Shown in pieces: positions 1-13,419 of a stretch of 64,000 nt of DNA. Position 1 is the stretch's first letter. The number at the start of each line of letters is the position of its first letter. The notes beneath the pieces are model-generated. The model did not search any database. It was not told where the DNA came from and was given only the letters and a program-made list of their open reading frames with translations. The DNA is from Paraspadella gotoi (taxonomy: Eukaryota > Animalia > Chaetognatha), in assembly GCA_051294375.1 (NCBI GenBank), contig CM119267.1, positions 2,457,315 through 2,521,314 of the forward strand, given 5' to 3'. Made by a program: the position numbers and the translations under genes.

Positions 1-446
1 GAGAACTTCTAGTTTTCAACCTGTTCCGGCCTAATATGTACCGCTCAGTAACAATATGTATTTTTAATGTGTTGACTCTCACATTTTTGAACAAATTAAA
101 TAAAAATCAAATCTAATCAAATCCNNNNNNNNNNNNNNNNNNNNNNNNNNNNNNNNNNNNNNNNNNNNNNNNNNNNNNNNNNNNNNNNNNNNNNNNNNNN
201 NNNNNNNNNNNNNNNNNNNNNNNNNNNNNNNNNNNNNNNNNNNNNNNNNNNNNNNNNNNNNNNNNNNNNNNNNNNNNNNNNNNNNNNNNNNNNNNNNNNN
301 NNNNNNNNNNNNNNNNNNNNNNNNNNNNNNNNNNNNNNNNNNNNNNNNNNNNNNNNNNNNNNNNNNNNNNNNNNNNNNNNNNNNNNNNNNNNNNNNNNNN
401 NNNNNNNNNNNNNNNNNNNNNNNNNNNNNNNNNNNNNNNNNNNNNN

Positions 447-770
447 ACGACGACGACGACGACGACGAAGATCTGGATGACGAAGACGATAAAGATGACA
501 ACGACTACGACGAAAGAAACAACAACAACGATGATGATAAAGAAACCGGCGACTATTAACAAATACGAAGCTGACAACAAAATGACAAAGCTGTAATGTA
601 ATGTAAAATAATGTAATGTTGAGGACAAAGACGATAAAGATGACAATGACGTCAAGGAATACTACGATACAGACAGCGATGACAATGACGAATCTGAAGA
701 TGACGACGACGAAGTCGAGGACGAACAACGACAAAGACGATGAAAACGACGACGACGACGACAAAAAATC
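447..770. repeat. Degenerate (GAC/GAT/AAC)n trinucleotide tract with a short (TGTAA)n patch
   Basis: Visible GACGACGAC/GATGAT/AACAAC runs; the Asp-rich frame is interrupted by stops. Confidence 0.9.
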
Positions 771-827
771 GAGACAAATTCTTAAATTCTCAAATTAGTT
801 TCAGCTTGAAAACTTTAGATGCTGGCG

Positions 828-1127
828 AAGAAAAGAATAGAAAAGAAATAGAGGAGAAAAAGTAGAAGAAAAGAGAAGAGATAGAAAAGAGAAGAGATAA
901 AAAAGAGAAAAGAAAGATTAGATTAGAAAAAGAAGAGATAGGATAGAGAAAAGAAAGATTTGATATAAAAGAAAAGAGATAGAAAAAAGAAAAGAGAGAT
1001 TAGATAGGAAAAATAGAGATAGAAGAGAGAAAAGAAAGATTTGAAAGAAATAGGAAGAGACAGAAAAGAGAAAAGAAAGATTTGATAGAAAAGAGAAAAT
1101 AATGATTTGATAGAAAAGAAAAGAAAT
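828..1127. repeat. Purine-rich low-complexity tract with recurring AGAGAAAAGAAAGATT motif
   Basis: Almost only A/G; motif recurs about 4 times between 904 and 1085. Confidence 0.85.
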
Positions 1128-1664
1128 NNNNNNNNNNNNNNNNNNNNNNNNNNNNNNNNNNNNNNNNNNNNNNNNNNNNNNNNNNNNNNNNNNNNNNNNN
1201 NNNNNNNNNNNNNNNNNNNNNNNNNNNNNNNNNNNNNNNNNNNNNNNNNNNNNNNNNNNNNNNNNNNNNNNNNNNNNNNNNNNNNNNNNNNNNNNNNNNN
1301 NNNNNNNNNNNNNNNNNNNNNNNNNNNNNNNNNNNNNNNNNNNNNNGAAAAAAGAGAGGACAGAAAGGAAATACTAAGAAATAGAATAGTGAAGGGGAGG
1401 AAACTTGAAAAAGAAAGATGAAGACAAAAATTTAAAAAATAAAAATTTCTTTTAAAACAAAAAAAAANNNNNNNNNNNNNNNNNNNNNNNNNNNNNNNNN
1501 NNNNNNNNNNNNNNNNNNNNNNNNNNNNNNNNNNNNNNNNNNNNNNNNNNNNNNNNNNNNNNNNNNNNNNNNNNNNNNNNNNNNNNNNNNNNGGATGAGG
1601 ATTAGGAGGGAGTCACGAAGAACGATGGTCATAGAGGAAAGAGAATGCGGTCTTAAGGCGCGAC

Positions 1665-1760
1665 TAGGGGTCGTCTGGGTCGAGAGGGTCCAGCGGGTCT
1701 TCAGGGTCGATAGGGTCTTCATGGTCTTAAGGGTCGTCAAGGTCTTGAAGGTTCGAACCG
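1665..1760. repeat. Degenerate 9-bp tandem repeat (nGGGTCnnn), about 10 units
   Basis: aggg tcgtc/tggg tcgag/aggg tccag/cggg tcttc/aggg tcgat/aggg tcttc/atgg tctta/aggg tcgtc/aagg tcttg. Confidence 0.85.
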
Positions 1761-2112
1761 TGTGGGCTGAGGTTAACGGAAATTTTTTTTTTTTTACGGA
1801 GGCAGAAAGAAGAGCGGTTTTAATAGGGAAGAGGAAATGAAGAGAGAAGGAGAGAAAAGAAAAGAGAAAAGGAAAAGAAAAGAAAAAAAGAAAGGGAAAA
1901 AAGAAAAAAGAAGGAACAGAAGGAAGAAAAGAGAAAAGAAGAGAAAGAGGAAGAGAAAAACAGAAAAAAAAAGAAAAAAGAGAAAAAGAAAAAAAAGAGA
2001 AAAAGAGAAAAAGAAAAAGAAGAAAGAAAAAAAAGAAGAAAAAAAAGTAAGAGAAACCTTTTCCGTCGGATTCCTCCCATTTAATTTGAATATTTTCTGT
2101 TCGTTCATTCAG

Positions 2113-2176
2113 CAGGCCGCGGCGGCGGCTGCGGGCGGCGTCGGCGGTCGGCGGCGGCGGCGGCGGGCGGCGGCCA
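2113..2176. repeat. (GGC)n-rich tract
   Basis: Direct reading. Confidence 0.9.
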
Positions 2177-2984
2177 TCAAAGGGTTGCACCTGTTTTATT
2201 TCGACCGCCTTTATGGTTGCCAGGAAGTCGTTTCCCTTCACACCCCGCCGACATCGATTCCAACATTAAACTTTTTTTTTCGCATCCCTCCAATCGCGTT
2301 GCCATAGCAACTATTTTTTTTTTACACATCCGTCACCGAATTCAATTCTGGCCTCAATTTATGATTAGTCAACATTCCTATCTGTCTGTCTATCTTTCTG
2401 TCTGTCTGTCTGTCNNNNNNNNNNNNNNNNNNNNNNNNNNNNNNNNNNNNNNNNNNNNNNNNNNNNNNNNNNNNNNNNNNNNNNNNNNNNNNNNNNNNNN
2501 NNNNNNNNNNNNNNNNNNNNNNNNNNNNNNNNNNNNNNNNNNNNNNNNNNNNNNNNNNNNNNNNNNNNNNNNNNNNNNNNNNNNNNNNNNNNNNNNNNNN
2601 NNNNNNNNNNNNNNNNNNNNNNNNNNNNNNNNNNNNNNNNNNNNNNNNNNNNNNNNNNNNNNNNNNNNNNNNNTGCCCCCGCCTTTATCCTAACTTTCGA
2701 TTCAGAATTAAATTCTTTTTCCTCGGATTTCTTTGTGTCGTTGTCATCGCCGTCGTCGTTGTCATCTTCTTTGTCATCTTCTCCGTTGTTGTTGTCGTCG
2801 TTACTATTTTGTTGTTGTTGTTGATGTTGTTGAATGGAACTTTTAAGGCTCAAAATGGAATGACTCTGTCGCTATGAATCTACGAAACCGGCCAACATTT
2901 CATTTGATTGTGTACAAGTTTTAACGGATGATATCTCTGTGATAAATCTTATTTAAAATATTTGTTTTCATCAAAGATGGAATA

Positions 2985-3170
2985 AAACGTGACTCTTTAG
3001 TCACTTTTCGGTCGATCTGTCTGTCTGTCTGTCTGTGTGTCCGTCGTTCTGACTCACGTTAAAAATGCTCATAACTCGCCTATAGTTGTTTTCTGATTTG
3101 TTAAGACAGGAAAAAACATCTAATCTTAGTGATGCACGAGCTAAGAAAGTCACTACGGCCCAACACATTG
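2985..3170 (+). mobile_element. HINE/DINE-1-like dispersed element (family B), copy lacking the 5' palindrome
   Basis: gactctttagtcacttttcggtcg + (tctg)n + ataactcgcctatagttg...ttgttaagacag shared with copies at 21655, 46105 and 57397. Confidence 0.7.
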
Positions 3171-5419
3171 GATGAACTGATCTTGTTTTTCTATATTTAA
3201 ACCCATTTCCATTTCTATTAAAATTAATTGTCCAGGTCAATTACATACTAAGGGGAACAAATAAACAGACAGACAGACTAACGCAGACAGCTCTCTTGTG
3301 CGCTGTTCTATGCTGTACTGTGCTGTGCTATATGTGGATAAGGCGCTACGTGGGCTGAAGATGACTGCTAAATACTGTGGCAGGGGCTCTTTATTCAGTC
3401 TCTCTCGGTCGTCTCTTCTCTCATTAATTCCGAATCCGCGCTCGTGCAAAAAAATAAAAAGATCTGACTTGCAGACCGTTTCAATTTTATTAATTGTTGG
3501 AGAAGAATCTTGAGATCTTCAATGGCGATCTCACAAGCAAGAATATATATTTTTTTAGGTAAGTCCGGGTTTGATGGGTTTAGGCTCAGGCGAATATTTC
3601 TTTCTTACTCAATTTTCAATACTCATTTCATCCGCGTAGAGATCTACTATTACTCTCAACTTTCTGAAGTTCTCTTTTACTTCCGAGGATAACGATTAAC
3701 GTCCGTTCTCATTTTCGTTCCATAATTGTCTAATTGTTTTTCAATGCTTATTTTGATATTTTTATATTCCTTTAAATGACTTCAAATACTTATTCACTTT
3801 TCTTCTTTTTTAATGGGGCATAATAAAAATTCATTTACCTGAAAAGCTTTCATTGTCGCTGTTCTTTCAATTAGATATATATCCAATATATGGTTCTACA
3901 CTGCAACGCGGCAGAGAACTAGATAATTAATCAGCGGGTACGCACTACGACTAGTTTGATCTTTTTTACGTTTGAAATTTGGATACTCAATTGTGAGAGT
4001 TGTGTGATTTTTATTACAGATTCGTTTCATGTTGTTGGCAAATTCGGGATGTGGAGTCACAATTTTGGGCGCCACCTCGATCGAAAACTTTTTCGGGCAA
4101 ATGTCTCTCGTCAATGTTCATTTTTCTTCTTTACATGTCGCCTTATTGCATTGCTCAGTCGTTATTTTGTGCGATCTTCACTGGAGCGTTATCCTAAATA
4201 CATATTATGCTTTATCTGGTCTATCTAATTAAGCGTGACGAAACAATTTTTCGGATGAAAGATCGAAATGTTCTCTCGGATGAGTGTAATATATTTTTAA
4301 ATATACATTCTTGTCTTAGGGGATTTTCGTAACGTCAAGGCTCGCGGAGGAAAAAGAATACAGTTACAACACGACACAGTCGTTTTATTGACGGAGAGCA
4401 TAAAGCCTAGTGATAATCGTTGTTCATCTTTTCATAGTGGGCATCGTGTCAGCGATTTCGGGCGTAATTCTCACCTTTCCGTCCAACGTCAATTACTAAT
4501 ATTAGTCAAAATACCGCAAAAAAAAGTGATCTTGGCATTTCTAGCTATGATTTTGAAAAGGGCACGTTTCGGTAATAAATGATAATTTTGCAATATCATA
4601 GTAAGGCATTTTTTTTTTAAATATTCTCACCGCTTAATCAGATAAGCTTAGCACGCATTTCTTCTTCTTTATTTGTCACGTACTCAAAACTTCACTATCT
4701 ACTAAATACGATCTCTCCTCAATTTTATCTCAGCATAGCACACTTGCTTATTCCTGTCGTCACGGGCCCTCGAGACTACGTGACATAGGCTCAGCTTGCT
4801 GCGGCCAGCACTGAACGCTTGCTGAACTCTTTAGCCTCCTTAGGAATACCCTGCGAGTCACGGCGCCATGTTGCTAGCTACTCTGAATTCTCGCGCTGCC
4901 GGGGTCCCGCCCCCGGCTGGGTTTACGCTGCTCCATTTACAAATTTGTCCTTTTTTTCCCTGGCCAAAGTTCGATCCCACCACCCTACTTCATTTTGCTC
5001 CATTTCGCGTGTATCCGTAACGGTAAAGTTTCTCTTTTTATTTCACTTTTTCTTTGACGTCGATGTTTAAGGCTAGTTCCTTACTATTTGCCGCGGCAGT
5101 GGTAATCTTCGCACGCTTTTGAGCCTCTTCACCTAAACGCTTCTCCGATACGCGCTCAGCACATATAAAGTGCTTTTCGCCCCTCTCTCTCGCTGTGTAT
5201 TTCATTCTCGGTGTTCTTGGTCATCAAGCATATTGAGGCAATTGAGCTCAGAATCGTGTCATGTAGTTTGGGTCATTCGACTCTATAGGCTCAACGTTGG
5301 TAGTGTGGGTGAGGTCGGTTATGCATTATAGGATTGGTAGTATGATCGGTATCAATGGTCTGGCATGATTAGACGGTGGTGATTGATAGATAATGTGAAC
5401 TGAAAACCGTCTCTTTAAA

Positions 5420-6070
5420 GTGTTCAAAGGAATTGATTCTTCTTTTTGGCGCAGTGAGACTCCTACTTGACAAATCCGGCAAGGTTTCGAGCCACGTATA
5501 CTATTCTATTTCGACTTTAGATTATCAATTGTTTTTTAAACAGGAACTGCATGGATTATATTTCTCTGTGAATATAACTCTTAATTTATAAATATTTGTT
5601 TTCATCAAGATGAATAAAAAGTGATTCTTATAGCTCTCTTTTCGTGTCCTTCGTTCTTGCTTTCTTCTCCATTCCTGTGTGTCCCGTTGTTCTGAGACTA
5701 CATCGTTTACAATATTGTGAGCATACACTCTACTCAGTAACTTCGATGAAAGCAGCTAGTACGCTGGTGGTGTGGCATCTATATTCTTAAAGGACAGGCT
5801 GGTGAAATAAAATCTATATCCTGTAGTGATGCACGTCCCAGTACGCTAGAGGAGAAGTGTTCACCTCACAGTTTGGCCGGAGTCGAGCCCAACGAAGTAC
5901 TCACATTGGGTGAGTTAGAAACTAGATCTAAAGGAACCGTTTTTCGTAAATGTATTGTAGTATACCAAGTTTCTCGAGTACTAGTATATAATTATCCTGA
6001 TCACGAGATCAATATACATACTAAAGGGAACCAATATGAAACAGTACAGCACAGACTGAAAGTTATTATC
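5420..6070 (+). repeat. Indel-rich duplicate of ~2850-3290
   Basis: Shared anchors in the same order: tatttgttttcatcaa(a)gatg, tagtgatgcacg, tacatactaa(a/g)gggaac; many single-base insertions. Confidence 0.65.
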
Positions 6071-8057
6071 GCAGTCATGTCTATCTCTTTGATGCTTCGT
6101 AACTAGTTGAGATGATGATAATGTAGGCTGAGTTGCTATAAATTGGATAAGGCAGCGCGGTAACGGAGGTGGATGGGCTTACCAAAGTCTTAGTATTGGA
6201 AAAGCATTAATAGGTATTAATTGTATCTTAGGATCCCTTTTAACTTTTTAATAACCCTTTCATCTATATTGCAGCACTCTCAATTAATGTAACGGTGTCG
6301 CCTTCTTGGCTTGGAACCAAAGCTTAGTAAGTTGGTGAGTTATATGCTCTATTTTACGACCCAAGGCGAAACATATAGTTATACAGAGCACAGTACTCAT
6401 TTTTTAATATAATTCATGTTCTTCACTCTCTTGCACAGGTGAATTCATTGTGTGTACCTTCAAACTTTTGTAATGTATTCGATCCGATTGTTTGCAACTT
6501 ACTCGCGCTTTTCTTCGGCGGCGATTTCGCTCAACGGGCATTCTCATCGCGAAGAAAGAGAGGCGGGGATTATGTGAGAGTAGACACCTGATCGAATACA
6601 TACAAAAGTTATTGGAAACGTCACATCTATGACTGAAGGAATGAAAATAATGTATAAGTGAGATTTAAATCTGTTTAACTAAATGTCTAACCTATTAAAA
6701 ATGTCGCAACTATTAAGGATTAACAAACACATGGTAAAAGTTGTCCATGAGATATTACCTAGGCAACTAAGATTAGAAACATGATAGAATATGAACTATA
6801 ATGTCGTAAACACTATTATAATATCTCACTTGCACATGTTCAGTAAGGCGGGCCAAATCTTTCACCATCTTTTTAAACTCATATTCTATGTATAAAATTG
6901 TTCCTAGAACACTATATATAAATAATATAGAATAAATATTAAATTGAAGTTAAGACACTTTTTCGGGGAATTAAAAGGCAAGCGAATGCGCAATGTCATT
7001 TTCCTTATTGGAATTTTTCTAGTACATAATTTTACAACCACTCGCTCTAAAATTTTGCTTAGGAATTACAATTTTTAAAAATCGTTTCTGATCAAATTGA
7101 TTAAAAAATTTGATAAAGGTATAGTACTACAATTTCAAAAAATGTAATGATAAAGGGCTAAATTAGAAAAAACAACCTCTCACACCACCATCATCACTCA
7201 CACATCGTCCTAATCTTATTACACTCACTCACGCTCTTCACTCTCACTCACTCGCCACCTTCTCAATTTACCACCACGCTGCTACCACTCACTCCACATA
7301 TTCACTCTCACCTCTCACACGCCGTACCAAACATATCCATCTATAAAATACATTATGTGTCACCATTTATTGACTTTACAAAAAATTGTTAATACTGTTG
7401 TTTAGTCTCCAGCTAGAGTGATCGAGAAGCCAAGACTTGTGACTGCTGAAAATAGATATAGAAATAGCTTCCATAGGCGTTGTAGTACCTATAACTAGCG
7501 ACAAAGTCTCATTTATCGAGGATATCTGTAGATAGTTTACTATTACATTCAACTGATCTTAATAAAATATACAGTACAAATTAGACAATTAGTATATAAA
7601 CACGCGAAAGGGAGAAAAGGAAAGAGATGAATTAAGGTACTTATATCATTTTGTCCTCTTAATGGAATATAAATTAGTTGAATGAGATTTACTGTGTTTT
7701 TCGAAACGATGGTATAGTGGTTAGACTAGCCTCAAAGAAAAAAAAACCTTCTACAGTTAAAATGTCGGAGCCGCCTGAGGTTCTTTTCAGGCATGTTCAG
7801 NNNNNNNNNNNNNNNNNNNNNNNNNGTTTGTAATCTGTTCCGCCTTACTGTTCAGTATCCCCAATAGTTGACAAGGGATTGCTTCTTTACAACTTTTGCT
7901 CTTTAATTCTTCAGATGTTCCTTCCTGGATCGAGTTTTTTGTTTGACTTTTGACAAAAAAAGGGATTTTTTCCCCCAGAGGTCCGTGACCCTTTGTCTCA
8001 CCGGTTTGTAATTACTATTTCTTAAGATTTCTCATGTGTGAAAGACATGTATTGTGA

Positions 8058-8060
<3 letters not shown>

Positions 8061-8113
<53 letters not shown>
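8061..8113. repeat. (GA)n microsatellite
   Basis: Perfect dinucleotide run. Confidence 0.97.
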
Positions 8114-8118
<5 letters not shown>

Positions 8119-9432
8119 TATACGACAATGCGGCACAATGAGATTCTCCTTTTCTTTTTTCTTTTTTCATTCTTCCTATTTTGTTCATTTATTTTCTTCT
8201 CACTTTTTCTTTCTTTTCAAATTACTTTTCCTGCCTTTCTCCAATCTCACTTTCATTTCTAATAATCCCTTTCCTTTTCTTTTCCTCCAATCTTTCACTC
8301 TGTCTCTCTCCTCCCAATTTTTTTCCTCCCACCTCTCCTCTTTTACTCCAACCTCTCCTCTTTTCCCCCTTCCTCCCTTTTTCCCCAAGGGATTCCTCAG
8401 GAGTCGCGCGTTTCTCTCGTACACTTGGATTTGGCTTCTTAATGGTCCGCCATTTTCCAGCCCCTCCGCTCTTCCTCTTCTTCCTCCTCCTCCTCCTCCT
8501 CCTCCTCCTCCTCTTTTTTGTATCGTTTCCTTCTCCTCTTTCGCCTCCTTTTACTCCAACCGTTCAGTTCTTTAATTTCCTATTTTTTTAATTCCGGTGT
8601 TGACCTTTAATTTTTTTTTGTACTTTATCATTTTTTCAGTCCCATCTTTTCATAATTTCTATGAATTTCATAATTTCATAATTTCTATGAATTTCTATGA
8701 ACGTACTATCTAGGAAAACGTTATGCGTCTTTGCCTCTTTTCTGAGATCAACAATGGTTTTTTTATGAACTAAAAAAAGGTAAACAGCCTTTGGCTTTCC
8801 CAAATTAAAAAAAAATAACAAATGAAATTTGAACTAAAAACAAATATTTAAATACTAAAAATATTGGAAAACTAAATCTGATTTTTCTTCATTTTTCACT
8901 TGAGGTAGCAATCTTTTTTTTGTTTTTAACTTCTAAACGATTTGACCTACCAAAGAATAGAAGGTAGCTACTGTAAAAATGTTTAATGTAGATTTTAAAC
9001 ATTCTGATTTTTAAAAAACCAAACAAGTTGATATCCTTCACTAAAAATGTGATATACTTTTTTTCCTAGATGGTACATTTATTTTTGGTAAGTGCACAAC
9101 CTTTCTCCTCCCTTTCTCATTCGCCTCTCTACAATTCCTCCCCCNNNNNNNNNNNNNNNNNNNNNNNNNNNNNNNNNNNNNNNNNNNNNNNNNNNNNNNN
9201 NNNNNNNNNNNNNNNNNNNNNNNNNNNNNNNNNNNNNNNNNNNNNNNNNNNNNNNNNNNNNNNNNNNNNNNNNNNNNNNNNNNNNNNNNNNNNNNNNNNN
9301 NNNNNNNNNNNNNNNNNNNNNNNNNNNNNNNNNNNNNNNNNNNNNNNNNNNNNNNNNNNNNNNNNNNNNNNNNNNNNNNNNNNNNNNNNNNNNNNNNNNN
9401 NNNNNNNNNNNNNNNNNNNNNNNNNNNNNNNN

Positions 9433-9750
9433 ATAAAAGAAAAAGGAATAAATGAAGGAAAGGAGAAGAAATTGACCAAGGAAAAAAAGAAAAAAGGAAG
9501 GAAAGGAGAACAAATGGACCAAGGAAAAAAGCAAAAATGAAGGAAAGAGAAACAAATGAACAAGCGAAAAAATAAAAAAAATAAGGAAAGGAGAACAATT
9601 AAACAATTAAAAAATTAACAATTTACAATTAAAAAAAGAGAAAATTAAAGAAACGAGAACAAATGGACGAAGAAAAAAAATTAAGGAAAGGAGAACAAAT
9701 GGACAAAGGAAAAACTAAAAAAATGAAGGAAAGGAGAACAAATAAACAAG
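9433..9750. repeat. Degenerate minisatellite with core AAGGAAAGGAGAACAAATGGAC
   Basis: Core recurs about 7 times, separated by A-runs. Confidence 0.8.
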
Positions 9751-10127
9751 NNNNNNNNNNNNNNNNNNNNNNNNNNNNNNNNNNNNNNNNNNNNNNNNNN
9801 NNNNNNNNNNNNNNNNNNNNNNNNNNNNNNNNNNNNNNNNNNNNNNNNNNNNNNNNNNNNNNNNNNNNNNNNNNNNNNNNNNNNNNNNNNNNNNNNNNNN
9901 NNNNNNNNNNNNAATAAAAATCCAAAATTTATGTAGATTAAAAATTTTGAAACGAAAAAGCAGACGATAGCGATAAAGATTTAATTACTATTTTATAACA
10001 AGATACATTAGTGAATTCTATTATATTTTCACTTTTACGCATATTTACCAAGTATGTCATCCTTCAGAATTGCTTCCCCCGGGGGCGNNNNNNNNNNNNN
10101 NNNNNNNNNNNNGCTCGCTCGTAATCA

Positions 10128-10376
10128 AATAAAAAGCTAAATGGTGTTTAATAAAGAGGGAAGCGGTAGTTTCAATAAAAGCAAAGATGGTTCAAAAAGA
10201 AATGAGGGTCTTCTATAAAAAGCAAAGGTAGTTCAAAGAATAGCAAAGGTGTTTCATAAACAGCAAATGTTGTTCCGAATTAAAAGCAAAGGTGGTTAAA
10301 AAAAGTCATGGTTCCATAAAAAGCAAAGGTGGTTCTCAAAAAGTCAAAGCGGCCCACTATAAAACCAAGTTGGTCC
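10128..10376. repeat. ~21-bp minisatellite (ATAAAAAGCAAAGGTGGTTC), about 12 degenerate units
   Basis: aaaagcaaaggt(g/a)gttc recurs at about 20-22-bp spacing. Confidence 0.85.
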
Positions 10377-10464
10377 TTATTCAACGTAGGGAGGTTTTCC
10401 GAATTCTAACAAAGAACATCACAATATGGATTTATTTGAACGAGCCCCGGTTCTGCTCTCTCTG

Positions 10465-10499
<35 letters not shown>

Positions 10500-10699
10500 C
10501 TCTGCTCTTCTCTTCCTCTCCCGGGAGAGAGAATTAAAAACGGGAAGGAGGTTAACGTCTAAGCCAAGCAGCACGCATTCGACCTATTATTTCGCCCCAC
10601 AGTGGAGCTTGGATTACAACGAACCTTTTCTTTGTAGACCGGTCTTTTAAATTTTTCATATTTACTGTATGTAAATATGAGATATGGTCCATCTCCTAA

Positions 10700-10960
10700 A
10701 TCTCCGCCCCGCGGGGCGGCTCAAGGGGCGGCCACCAGGGGGCAGACCTATTCAGGGGGAGCAGCAAAATGAGTCATTGAGGGGGCGCCCCCTCTGGATT
10801 GGCCTCCTAGGGGGCCGGCCCCAGGGGGGTTCCCCTGGGGCCAACATTTTGGGTCTATATAGGGGCGCCCCTAATGCTTAGCCCCTGGGGCAATAAAAAG
10901 TCTGCCGCTGGGGGTAACTACCCTTGGGGAGGTGCAAAAAACTGCTCCCCCAGGGCGATT
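10700..10960. mobile_element. GC-rich palindrome cluster, possible MITE/non-autonomous DNA transposon remnant
   Basis: Perfect palindromes at 10704-10719, 10779-10794 and 10860-10873, and an 11-bp-stem hairpin at 10817-10842, within AT-rich flanks. Confidence 0.5.
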
Positions 10961-11475
10961 AAAGAGAGAGCAACATTTAGATGAGAAAATATACATTGTC
11001 TGATATAGTTATTTATATCTGAGAATAATTTCTCCTGTCTGTTACTCTCTCTTTCTCTCTCCCTTTTTTCTTTTTCTCTCTGCCTTTTCTCTCATCTCTC
11101 TTTTTCTCATCACTCTTTTTTTCTCCACTCTCTTCTTTTTTTCTCTCTCTATAGATCTTTTTTTTTTCTCTCATAACAACATTCAGGCAAAAACTCTTAC
11201 TTTATAAATAACTACCGCAATCTCCGAAAGTCATCAGAAATAAACACAACTAATAGCTGGAAAAAAGCAATGTTAGAATTGCTGTAGAGAAATTTATAAT
11301 AAAGAAAGACTATACAACAACTGCTACAAGTCGTAGCAAGGACAACAAATATCTAAAAAACATAAGCCAAAAACATAGTACGACCAAATAGCAAATATAC
11401 TACTCGGAAAACGCATTACCGAACTATTGAAATGCAACAAACAAGAAACCAGCCTACATAATTAATGTCAAGATA

Positions 11476-11559
11476 ATGGAATGCTTTGAGTGCGGCAAGA
11501 GACTATAATTCTACAAGAATCAAATCTGTGAAAAATGCAACAAGGAAGATGATGAATGA
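11476..11559 (+). pseudogene. Possible decayed zinc-ribbon (CxxC-x13-CxxC) coding fragment
   Basis: Manual translation MECFECGKRL*FYKNQICEKCNKEDDE*, with one in-frame TAA at 11506; lies in an A-rich non-repetitive stretch. Confidence 0.3.
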
Positions 11560-12060
11560 ACAATTACGACTTTAATTACTTGGATACTTAAATGGGAATC
11601 ATTTAAACTTATATCCAATCTGATAAAGATACTGTTCTGATATATAACTATAAATAACTATAGGAAAAACCTTAAGCATACTCCACTGATTCGGGATAGG
11701 GAGAGAAGTGGTGCGAACGTTTAAAAAGGAATCGGGATCTATGTGTAAATACTTGAAATTTAAAACTTATTGTTATATAATTAGTCCAACTCTTGTAATT
11801 TTGGTTTTTGGGGGAACTAAATAGGGGCTTCATGTAGATCAGCTATTAGTTAAAGTTTACATTTTTTAACGAGTATTACAACAATTTCTTTTACTTTTAC
11901 TTTTACAACTTGTAAAAATCCGAAATATTAATTCTTTAAAAAAAAAAGATTTAATACTTCGAGGCCAAAACAAATAAAAAGGGTCTTTGTGTCCTGAGGT
12001 CGTGAGGTCATCTCAGTGTCTTAGATAAGAGATAATTGGTTGGGATCATAAATGTCCTCA

Positions 12061-12100
<40 letters not shown>

Positions 12101-12240
12101 TCTGATTGGACGATATGCCTCCAAAGGTTGATTCCCAAAATTCAGACAAGCGCAAGTCCGGGCGCTCAAGGAGAAAAAAAGTGAGGAATCTTTTAAAACA
12201 GTTTATAGATAAAAAAAAGTTATTAAAAAACTTATTCACA

Positions 12241-12385
12241 ATAATTGGTGTAGCACCACTGTAAAGGTTATCCCGTTCATTTAATGGTGGTTTAAGGCTT
12301 ACATCACTCTTAACAAGATATGACATGATGCAGGGTCCCTGCTAAGCTTTCAATCTCTACAGTCTGTGTTTAGTTCATTCGTCAG
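12241..12385 (+). mobile_element. Dispersed ~185-bp element (family A), internally deleted copy
   Basis: tggtggtttaaggc..catcactct..caagata..gcag(g)gtccctgc..agctttcaatc matches 20131-20313. Confidence 0.8.
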
Positions 12386-13001
12386 AGTCAGCGCTTCTGA
12401 CATTAATGGAAGTGGTGTAAAGTGTTTACAAAGAAATGTTTTAATTACAATTTGAGCATAAAGGAAATATGTGACTTGACACTATTTTTTATAGTCATTC
12501 CTTGCACGCCACTTGCTTCATCAATAATTAATTAATTAATTATCCTTTTAAGAACAGATTCCTTGAGAATTAATTGATCATTAGCAAATAGGACGCTTAA
12601 AAGAGAACAACTATACTTCACAAAGAATAAAGCGCAACACCCTGAGAAGAAAAACTCGTTAGTCAATACCTGCCTAAACTCCTTCTTCCTGTAAACCTTA
12701 AAATTCCTTGAAACTCTTAATTAACCTTCCTCTAAAACTTCCGAGGTCAGTAATCTTCAAGGAACAGTTTACGTCTTCTGCCTCCGAGCGTCCGAATGCG
12801 CCGTCAAAAAACGTGGACTCGCTTTTTCTCCCTCCTTCTCGCGTCTCCTCTCTCTCCTCTCTCGTCATCTCTCTCTTCTTCTCTCTCTCTCTCTCTACTT
12901 CTCTCTCTCTCTCTCTCTCGTTTGCTTTCTCTCATCTGTCTCGTCTCGTTCTCTCTATTCCTTCTCTCCCGTCTTCTCTGCTCTCTGCTCTCTCTCCTCT
13001 A

Positions 13002-13041
<40 letters not shown>

Positions 13042-13180
13042 TAAGTTCTGAACATCCCGTTCCCTTTCCTTTTTCCTCCATTTGAAAGTTGACCTTCCCT
13101 ATATTTCTCATCCCACATTCCAGTTTTCCAGTTTTGTCCTTTAACTTACCTTCCTTTGTTCCCGCAATCATTATTGACCT

Positions 13181-13325
13181 CCTTTGTCCTTCCTGTGATT
13201 GCTCTTGTCCAGCTTTGTCCTTCTCTGTGATTGCTCCTTGTCGTCAGCTTTTGTCCTTGCCTGTGATTGCTCTTGTCCTGCTTTGTCCTTCCTGTGACTG
13301 CTCTTGTCCTGCTTTGTCCTTTCGC
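13181..13325. repeat. 31-bp minisatellite (CTTTGTCCTTCCTGTGATTGCTCTTGTCCTG), about 4.5 units
   Basis: Unit read directly; cleanest copies are 31 bp. Confidence 0.9.
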
Positions 13326-13378
13326 ACTCCCTTCATCTCTGTGATGATAAGGATTCGATGACGAAGCAAAATTGCGAG

Positions 13379-13379
13379 A

Positions 13380-13419
<40 letters not shown>

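Noticed and set aside
6160-6295. Possible additional minus-strand family A copy
   Set aside because: Similarity is too weak to separate from noise in this error-rich stretch.
13181-13325. Cys-rich CPSCDCSCP peptide as a metallothionein-like gene
   Set aside because: It arises from a 31-bp unit that shifts frame each repeat.
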